From contig JAQFVV010000005.1 of NCBI GenBank assembly GCA_028023455.1, positions 18,290,001-18,354,000 of the forward strand: DNA of 64,000 nt. Reading direction: 5' to 3'. Under the pieces are notes generated by a model, which had not been told where the DNA came from, did no database searches, and saw nothing but the letters and a program-made list of their open reading frames with translations. The translations under genes and the position numbers were made by a program. Shown piece by piece: positions 27,204 to 39,941 of the stretch (position 1 is its first letter; each line of letters begins with the position of its first letter). The DNA is from Epiperipatus broadwayi. Taxonomy: Eukaryota > Animalia > Onychophora.

Positions 27204-27810
27204 GATATCTAGTAACTATTCATTACTCAAACTTTACTTAGAATTGGTTGATGTGATGTGATACACTGTGACTTCTCCTTAAACGAAGTCAGAAATCTCT
27301 CAACAACTATGCCCAGAGAAACCTGTTAATCACTTTACGTTCTCTTTCCATTCCCCACCCTAAGTTTTCCCATAATCTGCTCCATCCCATTTCCACAACA
27401 TAATCTTTGTCAACTCTATAGCCTTTATATCTAAATCCCCCTTATCTTTTCCCAAACCCAGCATAAAAACCAATAACCCACTTTCTGTATATTCACTTTG
27501 TTCTTATTTATTCTTCCATAACTTTATTATTTGTACCCTTTCTGCTTTCAAGCATTTACATTCAATTAATAAATGCCTAATATTTTCTTTGCCTGCCTTA
27601 CACAATTTGCAGACTAAATCACCCATATTTTTCCATTTATATGTATATTCTCTTGTTGCTAGAGACAACCAGTGACATCTATCTAGTAATCAACATTGGC
27701 ATCGACGATATCTAGTAACTATTCATTACTCAAACTTTACATAGAATTGGTTATGGAATAAAAGACAATCAGTGACATCTATTAGTAATCAACACTGGCA
27801 TCGACGATAT
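27204..27810. repeat. Interleaved direct repeats flanking the LINE fragment
   Basis: Unit A (GATATCTAGTAACTATTCATTACTCAAACTTTAC..AGAATTGGTT) at 27204 and 27707. Unit B (GACAA.CAGTGACATCTAT...GGCATCGACGATAT) at 27664 and 27764. Confidence 0.75.
27250..27655 (-). mobile_element. Family L-A LINE 3' fragment with C-terminal zinc knuckle
   Basis: Minus strand KWKNMGDLVCKLCKAGKENIRHLLIEC (C-x2-C-x8-H-x4-C). 3' end CTTCGTTTAAGGAGAAGTCAC followed by a (CATCA)n tail. Confidence 0.75.
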
Positions 27811-28043
27811 TCTTTTTAATTATAGTATGAATTCTTAAGTTTAAAATTTGGCTTTTCTGGTTTGGAAACAATTTTAATGTGCAAAGTTAGAGAGAGTCAG
27901 CCCTAGGAATTTTGCCAACTCTTTCTCTAAAAAAAACCTCTTTAAATGGATTTTAAAAGCCATAATATTAATCTGGACTTCAAAATGTCTGAACATAAAT
28001 TCTAAACAGTAGCAATAGCTAATAAAAATTTGTTAATGAATTT

Positions 28044-28168
28044 GAGAGAGTGAAAGAGAAAGTGAGTGTGAGAGAGAGAGAGAGATTGAGTGAGTGAGTG
28101 AGAGTGAGTGAGAGAGTGAGTGAGAATGAGTGAGAGAGAGTGAGTGAGAGAGAAAGAGTGAGAGAGAG
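28044..28168. repeat. (GA)n/(GAGT)n compound microsatellite
   Basis: Direct reading. Confidence 0.9.
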
Positions 28169-29817
28169 AATAATGTATTATTATTAAATTAAATGTAAAC
28201 AATTTGTTTTTAAAAATCTATGTAAAGCTCCACTTTGTTTCTGAACATCATGGGGTTTTTTTCCAATTTTTATTTGTGGTATTCTGCACCTGATAGTTTT
28301 TTTTTTTGTCACACCAATTGGGATATCAAAATTATCGAAAACTTACATTCTAATAAGTCTCTTAATACAGTGTTACTAACAACTGCTGCACAACTGTGTT
28401 TATGTATTTTGATTCTATTTTTGTAATTAGTTTATTCCTAACCTACTATTCCGTTATGTTTGTTTGGTCTAACTTCGATCTTTAAATCAAATTTATATAT
28501 AATAAATTTTTGTAATTATATAAATCAATTAATATTCTGCAATAATAGTTTTTAAAAAAATATCATAATTTATATAATAAATATTTGGAAAAGACAGTGT
28601 CAGCCTCATTCTCCGTCAGAGTACAGGGACTTGTGTAGCACATTGTAGGGGTGGCACAAAAGATAATCAAAAGAATAATTTTAAAAAATCTGGATGCTTT
28701 AATACTTGACTTTGCTGATGTTAACTAATTATTTTATTATATTATTGGTGTTACTTATATATTGGTTTTGTTTTATCAGTTAGACTAGGTCTATGATTAT
28801 ATGTCTATGCTGTTTTAGAGACAGACAACTTTATTGTGTTTGGAGTATTTCATCAGCATTTTTATTATACATACACATACTGCCAATATTATAGTCTAAT
28901 TAACAAATATCAGAAATGTATACTACAAAATTGCAATGAAAGCCATCTAGTGACTAATTCATTACTTAACCTTACCCTAAAGTTAAATTAAATCAAATAA
29001 AAACAATATAATTTTGCACCCCAGCAATACAAACCCACAGAACAGGCTTGGATTTGTGCAGATTAAAAATATTATTGAAGTTTATTTCAGATCAGCTTTT
29101 AACTTCAGATGAATCAACTGATAACCAAGAATAGAATTGTAAATAAAATACAAGCTAGAATATATTTCTGCTATTGCCACATCATCTTATATTAACACTA
29201 ATAATGTGATATTAAATACACTATAATATGGCATTATTTTAAATAAGTGTGATTTTTATTCTGTAAAGATTTAATAATATCCTATGCCATCATGTGACTA
29301 TTTTATTATTTATTTTTCGCATAGCTCTGAAGTTATATATTGTCTACGTATAGACTTTGGCAGATAACAGTGAACTTAGAACTTTGCTACATAACACAGA
29401 AAATTCTGTTAAGATTAATTTAATGTTGCAAAGAATATTTGGATAAGATATTTGATCAATGACATAAAACACAGGGATTTTGATACATGACAAAGCTTAA
29501 TCAGGACATATGGTAAAACAGGTCACATGTTAATTACTAATCATATTTATTAGTCATAAATAAATTGATAATTGAATAATTGTTGCTCCGGAGGTCATAA
29601 AACATTTGACCATCAGAATCGACACAATTGAGATCCATGAACCTTTAACTCTAAAATCTCCAAATTTACTACTGTACGAAATCATGAGTGGCACACTTAT
29701 TATCTAGAAAAATATTAATTAACATATTTATTTTATTTTTAACGTTATTTTCTAATTAATAACGGTGGTAAATCAATAATGAGGAAATTTACGTAATTTT
29801 AATAATAATCATAAATG

Positions 29818-30120
29818 TTAATGAAGACAATAACAAGCCTTTCTATCACGTGAAGATTTGTAAAAAGCTTCAGGTGAGTTTTTGACATTCACGAACTCTA
29901 ATTGTACACCTGAAATAATCTCACCTCCTCTCCAACTATTATTATCAATTCTACCTGTTGATAACTCTATTTTCAGACATTCAATTTCTTTGAGAATTAC
30001 ATGAAGTGAAAAACATTTTTCCTTGCAACAAATATTAATTTGAAGGCAAGTGGAAATGTTTTGATTTAATTCTTTGTTCAAAGTTATCCCCTTTCCCTTG
30101 GGGGTCAAAGTTTCGGCCAC
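29818..30120 (-). CDS. Unassigned 100-aa open frame (possible exon)
   Basis: Stop-free frame inside a non-repetitive, CpG-retaining segment, with an acceptor-like TCTCAGCAG just upstream. No family recognised; the start codon is GTG. Confidence 0.3.
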   Translation of the reverse strand: MAETLTPKGKGITLNKELNQNISTCLQINICCKEKCFSLHVILKEIECLKIELSTGRIDNNSWRGGEIISGVQLEFVNVKNSPEAFYKSSRDRKACYCLH

Positions 30121-30458
30121 GTTAATTATGTACTGCTGAGATTATTAAAAGGTTGATTACTCCTTAGTAACGCTCACATAACAGAGATTTAAATTTATTT
30201 ATTTAAAAAAAGGGCCAATATAGTGTACAATAAGCAGTAGCAAATCAAGTCATTGTGATCAAATTGCGGAAGAAAAATTTCTCTGAAACGTAACCAATGA
30301 TTTGGCTACCCTTTCCTTTGTATTTCAATCAACTAAAATTTTATTTAGGACTTTTACTTCTTAAAATTTCATCAAAAGCTGCTCTGGAATCTATCTTTTC
30401 ATAAAACGTCCACTCCTTTTCATGTCATTTGTTTATTTTTACAACAGCATTATAAATA

Positions 30459-30572
30459 GTCAAGCGCTGTTAGCCGAGAGGTCAACGTAGTTGCCTTGCA
30501 AGCAAGTAGTTGGTTGCAGACGGTTGTGGGTTCGCCTCCCGGTCGATGCTGTGACATATGAAGAAAAAAAAT
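30459..30572 (+). mobile_element. tRNA-Gly-derived SINE, copy 5
   Basis: GTCAA leader, A/B boxes and A-rich tail. Perfect 13-bp TSD AGCATTATAAATA at 30446 and 30573. Confidence 0.85.
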
Positions 30573-32217
30573 AGCATTATAAATATCAGATTGAGCACTC
30601 AGTAGTACTACATATTTCCTCCCATATTCTTTTGCTCTATCTAATCCCTGAGCACTTAAATTCAGTTATAAGAATGGCTGTCTAAAAAGGTACAGATCGA
30701 TACCAAGTAAAGAAGTAAAAAAAAAATTAAGACAACTGTCCGGAACTGAAACATTCCACCTGTTAATTTGGTGTTAACCCCTCTACTTCACCAAGCAATT
30801 GGTTATGTTATAAATAGATGCATTAAACTTTGACTATAAGCTCTTGTTTTAAAGAATAAGAGTGTATTGTTGAATTGTAGTAGGTTCAGGCTGTTAGTCT
30901 TATTCAGTTACAAGCAACATTTGCTTACAATCTAACTACTACTTGTAGCTCCTTACTATACTCAGGGAACTAAAAACATCCTAAAGTATGGTATCCAATG
31001 ATTATTTAATAGAAAGCTTTAAGGCAAATAGAGTAAACTGTTGCTCTTAAAACCATATATTATATGTAAACAATGACAATTAAGAGATTTTTTTGATTAT
31101 TATTAATATTATTATTATTAGTTGCCATCAAGTTAACTTCTGATGACTTTACACATATTTTTCCTCCTAAATAATCTATTATTTGGTTAGTTTTATAGAA
31201 TGCTAAAATATACATTTATTATTGTGAAGGTGTAGTCTGTCCACCCCATGGCTAGGTAATCTTTTTCTTTTGCCAGTCTTTATAAACATTAAATATTTTA
31301 GTTACTTTAATTATAGTACTAAAGTATTTAATAACCTCCGTAGTTTTTTAAATTATTTCATAATTTCCACTATCTATTTACTTGAGTTAATGCCAGTGGT
31401 TCTAAATGAACTCAATGTTTTGCTTCATGGTCAAAACTCAACACTCCAAATTAACTCTATTATACTAGGAACTTCCAGGCAGAAACAGCTCTACTTACAA
31501 AAGACATTGCTGCAAACACATCATTCCCAAATTAAAAACAAAAAAGTATCCCTTGACTACAAAGTTTACAGAATTCTTTAGAGAAGCAAACTAGTTTTTC
31601 TATTTTACTGCTGCCATCTTGTATCATTCTGAGCAATTAACATATATACTCGATGGTAATGCTTATTGAATTGACATACTATGTTATTTATCTTTTTCCC
31701 AGGAGTAGTTTTTGACTCATGGACCTCATGGATTTGTTGGACTGAATCAAAATGCAAAATACCAACTGAAAAAAAGCCACAAGCTAAAAACTAGTCTGGA
31801 AAAATGGACAAGATATCAAAGAATATGAGTTTACTAAATACAATCAAGACTACAATATCCAATTAATATCTCAACTAGTGTAAGCTAATGATAAAGCATA
31901 CTTTATTGCCAAAAAATGTTGCTAAAACAGAAAATTTATTAGAGCAATAAATTACCAGTCAATAGTACTTCCTAGCAGTATAAGCTTAAAATTCAGGGAG
32001 ACTAAGTGATGAACTAATTAGTGACTGTATTTATTTTAATTTGCAATGTGATCAATTATTTTCAGGCAACACTATCTTTTTTATTATAAATATTTAATCC
32101 ATTTAAATGAATGGCTAGAAGTGATTTTCACAATAATATTGCCATAACATTTAAATGACAAAAGAAAAAAATCAAATAATACTTATTTATTTATTAATAT
32201 AATGTTTTTCTAGACAA

Positions 32218-32676
32218 TAAACATCACATGACCACCACCTCTTACGCTTGTGTATAACTTGTTAAAACAGGCAAAACTCACTGTATATTGCCACACACAG
32301 CAAACTAGAGTAATCAATGGATGTCAGAAGGCTTGTGCATAAAATCCCTATCTAGTGCCTACTCATCCAATATCCCCAGACTACTTTCTGGCTTATGGCC
32401 TTCGTCAGTGAGGAGCCTTGGATCTGAGAGCACTGCACCTAGATCTTAGGATCTAGGTGCAGTGCTCTCAGATCCAAGGCTTCTCACTGATGAAAGCCAT
32501 ATCTAGGTGCAGTACTCTCAGATCCAAGGCTCCTCACTACTGATGAAGGCCATAAGCCAGAAACTAGTCTGGGGCTATTGGATGAGTAGGCGGCACTAGA
32601 TGGGGATTCAAGCCTTCTGGCATCCATTGATTACTCTAGTTTGCTGTGTGTGGCAATATATATAGTGAGTTTTGCC
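32218..32676. mobile_element. Fold-back insertion, hammerhead-bearing family P4
   Basis: Hairpin centred on a TTAG loop (32446-32449). About 51-bp internal duplication at 32450-32553. 15-bp TSD TGTTTTTCTAGACAA at 32203 and 32677. Confidence 0.85.
32531..32575 (+). ncRNA. Minimal type I hammerhead ribozyme motif (P4), with a 3-nt insertion before the core
   Basis: TCCTCA(CTA)-CTGATGA-A-GGC CATAA GCC-A-GAAA-CTAG-T-C-TGGGG. A mirror copy at 32372-32414 (-) has CTGACGA. Confidence 0.65.
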
Positions 32677-33280
32677 TGTTTTTCTAGACAAATGACTATT
32701 AGCAAACGCTATAGAGGAATCTAAAGCAATACACTCAGGAAACAGATATGCTAATGCCATTGTTAAGTCAATTAATTCTGTAACTATGTAATTCATATTT
32801 TATAATTGATCATAACTACCATTTCTAACACAGACAAGTACACTAATCATGGATGTTTTTGAATCTGTTGTCAAACTCCAGAAATTATTTTAAAAATCCA
32901 AGTCCAATGTTTTTACTGCTTGATCTGTAAAAAGAAAATTTGTTTAGGTTTCAACTTTTTGCAGTATGTTTTTCACTGTTTGAAAGGATTTTGAGTTGTG
33001 CATCCAGAAAAGAGGTTTTGATTTGGGAATGAAGTACAGCAATCTTACTGCAGCCTACTCTAAAAATAGCATATATTAGGATGCAAAATTGATGTCTTAA
33101 ATTTGATGAACCAGAAAAAGACAGAAGCTTATGAAACTACACAAAAAGATAGTAAAAAAAGTGCAAAATAAAATCTAAATAAATAAATAATACTTCTGTA
33201 TATAATATAAAAATAATACAAAATAACAATTCGTCAATTGTTAATACAGAGTTTAATATAAATAAATAAAAACAAATAAT

Positions 33281-33324
33281 ATTTCCAAGCGCTTTCAACT
33301 CTTACGAGTCCTTATCAAGGCAAT
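33281..33324 (-). ncRNA. Minimal type I hammerhead ribozyme motif, U3-A8 core variant
   Basis: ATTGCC-TTGATAA-G-GACTC GTAA GAGTT-GAA-AGCGCT-T-GGAAAT. Stems I and II pair and stem III is palindromic. Confidence 0.7.
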
Positions 33325-33365
33325 GTAAACAATTCTATTTTCTCCTAGGTGATGAATCTAACATT

Positions 33366-33995
33366 TCATTGTATTGGCCAGGAACAACTAATCGGAAAGC
33401 TGGTTAATTTTGAATTCATAGCACAAGATGAATTTTGTATAATATATGATTCTTTAATCTTGTGTTTTTTATCATGTGTTTCATTCATTAATATTGTAAA
33501 ATCCTTTGGACTACATATATGGCCTGAATTATTTTGGTGAACATAAAAAGCTGAATAAACTGTATCATCTTCTCTTGCTCTATTATAAGTATATTTATGT
33601 TGTTGAAGGCGATATTTAATATTTGTTTTGGTTTCTCCAACATATATTGCACTACAGTTTATTTGTGGGCAACTAATAGAGTATACAACACTGCTTTTAT
33701 CCTCCTTATTTATTATTTCCTTAGAATTATTTATTAACCTATTAAGGTTAGGTGGAGTTCTCCATGCTAATCGAAAATCTTGACTTAAAACTTTTATTAT
33801 ATTTTTATTAATATTGGGAATAAAAGCTAATGACATCCATGGTTTATTATTCATATTTATATGGTCACTATTATGATGTTGTTTATAATGCTTCAATACA
33901 GTAGATAATAGCATTTGTTTATTATAACCCACTTGTATTAAATCTTGCATATAACATTTTATATTATCTTTCATAAACATTTCATTTGAACACAA
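33366..33995 (-). CDS. PLE ORF C-terminus: RT linker plus GIY-YIG endonuclease (truncated, stop-free 209 aa)
   Basis: SSVVYSISCPQINCSAIYVGETKTNIKYRLQQH...H...KESYII matches the PLE GIY-YIG pattern VVYxIxCxxC...YVGET...R..xH...E. Confidence 0.85.
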   Translation of the reverse strand: MCSNEMFMKDNIKCYMQDLIQVGYNKQMLLSTVLKHYKQHHNSDHINMNNKPWMSLAFIPNINKNIIKVLSQDFRLAWRTPPNLNRLINNSKEIINKEDKSSVVYSISCPQINCSAIYVGETKTNIKYRLQQHKYTYNRAREDDTVYSAFYVHQNNSGHICSPKDFTILMNETHDKKHKIKESYIIQNSSCAMNSKLTSFPISCSWPIQ

Positions 33996-36900
33996 TCGTT
34001 GTTTTTATTTATTTATATTAAAATCTGTATTAACAATTGACGAATTGTTATTTTGTATTATTTTTAAAATAAAATCTAATAATTTCAATAAAGAAAAATT
34101 GAAATGTGTACTTAATAAAGAATCACACTAATAATTACTATGATGAAACTTTAATTATTAGTTTTATTATGCATTATATAATAATATAATTAATCTGAAG
34201 GCTTGAAATGATAACATTTTATTTGTAGTTTTATTTTAGACTGTTTTAATCATTTAATTGCAATGTTAAACATTTTGAGATTTATATCTTTCTACATAAC
34301 ATTGAACTATTAGTAATAAGACACATGTTATTATAAAATACAATATTTTGAATAGTATTTATTCTCCTCTCTTTTTCAATTGTTGTTGGTTTGACCAGTG
34401 ACAGCACTAATTTAGAGATTGAGTTGGCAATCAACCAGGCTATTCTGGTCAAGACAATAGCAAATAGAAATTTAATACATTTATCTATGAACGTTTTTCT
34501 GATTTCTTCATTTCCCCTCCTCTTAAAAGCAAGGTTAATACGTGTTTTTCAAATATTATAGATTATAACACTAGGTTGACTTATAAGTCTGTCGGCCATT
34601 GTCAAAAAAGAAGCTTCTTTTAAAAATTTTTTTTTAATTTGTTGTTGGTCATGTAATATTTGAGTACTAAGTGACAGCTTGAGCTATTCAATTGCTCAAT
34701 ATGATACTATTTTCACTCTTCTCAGAATTTTTTCTCATGTTACTCAGTAGAAAATCAAACTTTTAACTTACAATTCTAATTCCTACAGTACTAAATGACA
34801 CAGGGCAATTATTTTTGGTCCATACACTTTTCATAAAATGCCTTAAAGTCAACTCAATCTTAATTATTCAAGATCATCCAATCATAATACTTCTCTAACT
34901 TGAGTTGTAAGCTAGATCATGCACAGGTTTTGCTGTAGAATTACACTAAACAACTAAACCAATCATTGCACCCATACTTTTAATTCATCTTGCCTCTCAT
35001 TGTGATATAGTGTCTAGTGTTTCATGTTATGTATAAACTGAACAAAAAGTTTATCATGTAATTAAACTCTTTCTAGGTAATCTAGTAATTTGTTTAAGTG
35101 GCCAAGCTGTAGCCAATCTAATTGGATACCTTATATTGTTGGTAAATGGATGTCTAGGTATTTATAGTTAAAAGTATAGTCCTGTTGACTCAAAATATAT
35201 AAACACTGTTTTTTTCTGAAGAAGGTCAAAAAAGAAAGACACTCTGCTGTAGCCAATATATTAATTAAATGTCCATAATTCAGTTAATAAGTTTCAGTCA
35301 ACTGATCTTAAACTGTTTATAAAGATATCAAAAACAAAATAGAACAATCTGCTTATATAGACACAGATTAAAATGCATACAGAAACTCATTAAGTGGGTA
35401 ATTCCTACAGATATGATGTTGATTTTGAAATGGATATTCATTCACTGTCACATTTACACAACTAGCCATTCGTGGATTTTACTGCCATATCTAAACATTT
35501 GTAATCATAAGAAAATGATACGGTCATGGTGGACAGAATGGTTTGTATAGTCATTATAAATAACTAATTTCTAATGCATTGTTATTATTACTATTATTAT
35601 TTTGCCTTTTTTTTGAGACTTAGAAGTGCTGATATTGATAAGAAATATTAAATGCCTTTTGTGATAATTCGGGTTATTTTATCTTTTCATATAAACACAC
35701 AAACTAACATTCAGTGTTATCAATACATTTGTAGTATATAAAAAAATCAAGTATAAGGTTAAATAAAGCTGTACACTTTTCACTTTCTTCTTCAAAATCT
35801 TTCTTGCTCACCTATTTTGCAAAATGCACTTAAAAACATCTTAATGAAGTCTGGTTTTATTTCAGAATCTGACATAAAGAAAGTTAAAACAAAAACATCA
35901 AAAATTTAAATTAGAAAATTTATCTTTAATGATGATGATAACTTTTGTTTCCTTTTTTTTTTCTTTTCTAGCTAATTATGAAACTGATTTACTTGAAAAA
36001 ATACTAAGCACAAATTAACTCACACTGGATACTAATTTAACAATTTATTAACAAGTATTAGAATTCAAAAATTTATAAGATACATATACCCCACCTTTAC
36101 ACTAATTAGTGAGGACAATTGGTCTCCCAAAATACATTGTAAAGTAAAATATCACATAAAAAACAAGCAATTATATTGAGTTCCTACGAGGAAAAAAAAT
36201 TCATTACTTTATATACAAAATATATTTAAAAATTATTAAAAAAATAAAGCATAAATTGGAAAAAAAAATTAATGAGTAAACATTTTACTTAACATATTAT
36301 TTAAAAAAATACTAATATGTGGGTAAATATACTATTTGAAAACATTCTATAATTTAAAAAAAAAAAAGATAATTTTTTTATTGCTGATTTCCTGAATCAC
36401 AATTTATTGAATTAAAATAAAGTAGGAAGAAAAAAAAAACTAATCATAATGCACATTTTAAAATTTACAAAAAAAATACACTGTATACTTTAAAATGTAT
36501 TTTTCATGCACTTTATGTTCAATTATTAATTTTTTTTATTTTGTACTTTCTAACCAATAAGGCTTTGATTTTTTTTGCAGAGCTGTTAATTTTTTTTAAA
36601 ATCATGATTTATTTTTCTTTTACATAAATGTAATGAAAGAAATAAAATATAGGTAAAGAAATGTAATGTAAAATTGGTTATTGTAGTTTTAATAATGTAT
36701 AAAAATAATTAAATCTTTTTTTCCTTTTGCCAATCTAAATAAATCCAGCTATTATCTTGAATAATAACAAATTATAAGATTACTGATTTAAAATTGAAAA
36801 AATAAATGGTATTTTAAACTTATGTTTAGTAACCTTTGATCAAATAAAATTGATTATTAGCTGCATAATGCATGAAACCATGTTTTCTCAAAATAACTTA

Positions 36901-37599
36901 CAATTATAATAACTAGTACAAATAACATATTTTTGCTGCAAGAAAAATAATATTCATAAGAATTTTGATCAATAAAACGGGTTGAATGAATAGAGATTCA
37001 TGAATAACTGATTGAATGAATATAGATTAACTAATATATACATTTTACAACTAAATATCACATACTTTTAGTTGTTATACATGGCCAAAATATGTCACTT
37101 ATTGTGGTGAATGAAACTGGCAGTTCTTTTTTGATTTTATAATTATTAAAGATTAAAATCTTATTTACTTTGGATATGTTTTAAATAAAAGCACTGACTG
37201 TTTTTGTAAAGTCACTGGATGAAAATTAAATAAAGTACATTAATCATATTTTAATTCTATAATCAAAACCTAATATTGTATACTATGAAATGAATAAACT
37301 CTTCTACACATTTATAGCATTAATGTTGCATTTTATTTTCAGAATACATAACTTTAATGAAGTCACTATCTAAAATGTCATCAATCTTACAGAACAGTCA
37401 CTATTTTTTGACTACCATCTTGAAAAAATTGTGGTTGATTTTTTTTTTTACAAAAGTTTTAATTTTTTTTTAAAGATCACAATAATGAATAATCAAATGC
37501 AGATCAAAATAGTGGGTAGAAATCGATGATAATTATTATGATAAATCCTCACATAAAGGTCCATCACCGGTAAAGATATATACATCACACATTTAACGT

Positions 37600-38050
37600 A
37601 AATAAAATATTTACAGAAAATATAGCTTTGTATAACAAAATCAGGGGTTTTGAAGATAAAATAATGGAACTATTAAAGAAATTTAAGGATATAGAAAGTT
37701 ATATAAAATAGAGAGCTTATTTGTCATAAAAGAAAAAATTCTATATATTAGACAAAGAAGAAAAATTAAATAATGATTTGGATTAAAGATATAGTTTATA
37801 ATGAGATGGGAGATTGTTGTTCTTATTTTTAAAATGCAAGATACTGAATGAGAATTAGGTTAAATTGTATAAAAAGTGGGAAAATTTTTAAAGTATCAAA
37901 AATGAAAGAGGTAGAGATTTTACAATTTTTTGTTTAGGTCCTTCCAATAAAATTAAGGAATATGAGGATTGGAGGAAAGGAATATTTAACTTAGCTAATA
38001 TAGATTATGCACAAAATCTGATTTTGTTTAGCCATTTAACATCACATTAC
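37600..38050 (+). mobile_element. Decayed family L-A LINE 3' fragment
   Basis: GAGGAAAGGAAT...TCTGATTTTGTTTAGCC...ACATCACATTAC resembles the 3' ends at 26880-26945 and 43830-43868. Confidence 0.5.
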
Positions 38051-39007
38051 ATGCCCTAAATGGTTTGGTCAGTGGTATAATGTCAGACTCAAGTACAAGA
38101 TCCTCAAATCAATATCATGTTCTCTGGGCAATGGTCTATGCTTACGAACTAATAACTTTAAATAAATAATCAATCAAACAAGATTGAAATAAACAACTAT
38201 TAATAATTATATTTAAATATTTATCAAACCGGCTTTCATCTCCACTGAGATCTTCTCAAGATATTATATTATACAATTCATATAAACAAATAAGAATATT
38301 CACTCCATCTACTGGACATTATTTACATTATATTTCATTTTCTTTTTAAACATGTCCATATATTATACATAAATAAATTTAACATATTATACATCTAAAA
38401 ATTTTAACAAAATCCCCCCCCCCCAAAATAATAATAATAATAATAATAATAATAATTAAATATATATTTTACATCTTTTAAAAAAAATAAAATAAATAAA
38501 TAAATTGGTATTTACATATGTACAACCATTTCCTACACTTTCCAATTGTTTAATAAAGCCCATTTCCCACCTAATTTAGCTGGACCTTTTACTATATTTA
38601 CACATTTGTCTAAGTTTTCTTGAATATATAATGTTTCATAATATATTCTCTTATGGTAATTCTTTACATACTTAATAGCACTTATATTTTCCTCACACTT
38701 CATTTTATGCCCTGTATCCAAATAATGCAAATATAGCCCTGATCTCATGTCTTTTCTATTAATTGCTCGATCATGTTCCTTACCTCTCTCTCCCTGTCTG
38801 TCCTATATACATTTTATTGCATTTTACACAGCTAATTTTATATACCAGCCCCATCATACTACTAACATCATTTAACTCTTGCATTATGTAACCATTTACC
38901 CAGGGACTTATTATTGTTCCAAGCTATTTTTACATTACTTGGCAATTTATCTTTCATTAATCTTTTATATACTTTTTCTGAATATGGAATAGACATCCAT
39001 TTACTAC

Positions 39008-39115
39008 CTCTATACCTATTCCTGTTATCCTCATTTACTTTATCTCTATACCTATTCCTGTTATCCTCATTTACTTTATCTCTATAACTATTCCTGTTAT
39101 CCTCATTTACTTTAT
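39008..39115. repeat. 36-bp tandem x3, present only once in the other palindrome arm
   Basis: CTCTATACCTATTCCTGTTATCCTCATTTACTTTAT at 39008, 39044 and 39080. Confidence 0.9.
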
Positions 39116-39319
39116 CTACTTGGCAAAGTAGATAAAGTAAATGAGGATAACAGGAATAGATATAGAGATAGTAAATGGATGTCTATTCCATATTCAGAAA
39201 AAGTATATAAAAGATTAATGAAAGATAAATTGCCAAGTAATGTAAAAATAGCTTGGAACAATAATAAGTTCCTGAGTAAATGGTTACATAATGCAAGAGT
39301 TAAATGATGTTAGTAGTAT

Positions 39320-39642
39320 GATGGGGCTGGTATATAAAATTAGCTGTGTAAAATGTAATAAAATATATATAGGACAGACAGGGAGAGAGAGGTAAGGAAC
39401 ATGATCGAGCAATTAATAGAAAAGACATGAGATCAGGGCCATATTTGCATTATTTGGATACAGGGCATAAAATGAAGTGTGAGGAAAATATAAGTGTTAT
39501 TAAGTATGTAAAGAATTACCATAAGAGAATATATTATGAAACATTATATATTCAAGAAAACTTAGACAAATGTATAAATATAGTAAAAGGTCCAGCTAAA
39601 TTAGGTGGGAAATGGGCTTTATTAAACAATTGGAAAGTGTAG
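39320..39642 (+). pseudogene. PLE GIY-YIG endonuclease fragment (frameshifted); mirror copy on - at 38533-38860
   Basis: GLVYKISCVKCNKIYIGQTGR..., then YLHYLDTGH...YYETLYI...N (ORFs 39427-39642 and 38533-38748). Confidence 0.85.
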
Positions 39643-39899
39643 GAAATGGTTGTACATATGTAAATACCAATTTATTTATTTATTTTTATTTTTTTTAAAA
39701 GATGTAAAATATATATTTAATTATTATTATTATTATTTTGGGGGGGGGAATTTTGTTAAAATTTTTAGATGTATAATATGTTAAATTTATTTATTTATAA
39801 TATATGGACATGTTTAAAAAGAAAATGAAATATAATGTAAATAATGTCCAGTAGATGGAGTGAATATTATTATTTGTTTATGTGAATTCTATAATATAA

Positions 39900-39941
39900 T
39901 ATCTTGAGAAGGTCTCAATGGAGATGAAAGCCGGTTTGATA
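39900..39941 (+). ncRNA. Minimal hammerhead motif, U3-A8 variant; mirror copy 38222-38263 (-)
   Basis: TATC-TTGAGAA-G-(A/G)TCTC A(G/A)TG GAGAT-GAA-AGCCGGTT-T-GATA. Confidence 0.65.

Larger units (their letters stand above)
33179..34065 (-). mobile_element. 5'-truncated Penelope-like element with inverted pLTR copy
   Basis: GIY-YIG ORF and a 3' hammerhead. 67-bp inverted repeat 33208-33274 / about 33999-34065 with 1 mismatch. 14-bp TSD AAAATAAAATCTAA at 33165 and 34066. Confidence 0.9.

Noticed and set aside
29575-29705. Plus-strand VAPEVIK...LLYEIMSG resembling kinase subdomains VIII-IX
   Set aside because: The invariant DVWS.G motif is missing, the spacing is off and the frame is short; likely chance.
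38065-38120. tRNA-like TGGTCAGTGGTATAATG stretch
   Set aside because: A-box-like only; no B-box or cloverleaf.
39008-39115. 36-bp repeats of CRISPR-like length
   Set aside because: The repeats are contiguous with no spacers, there are no cas genes, and the context is eukaryotic.
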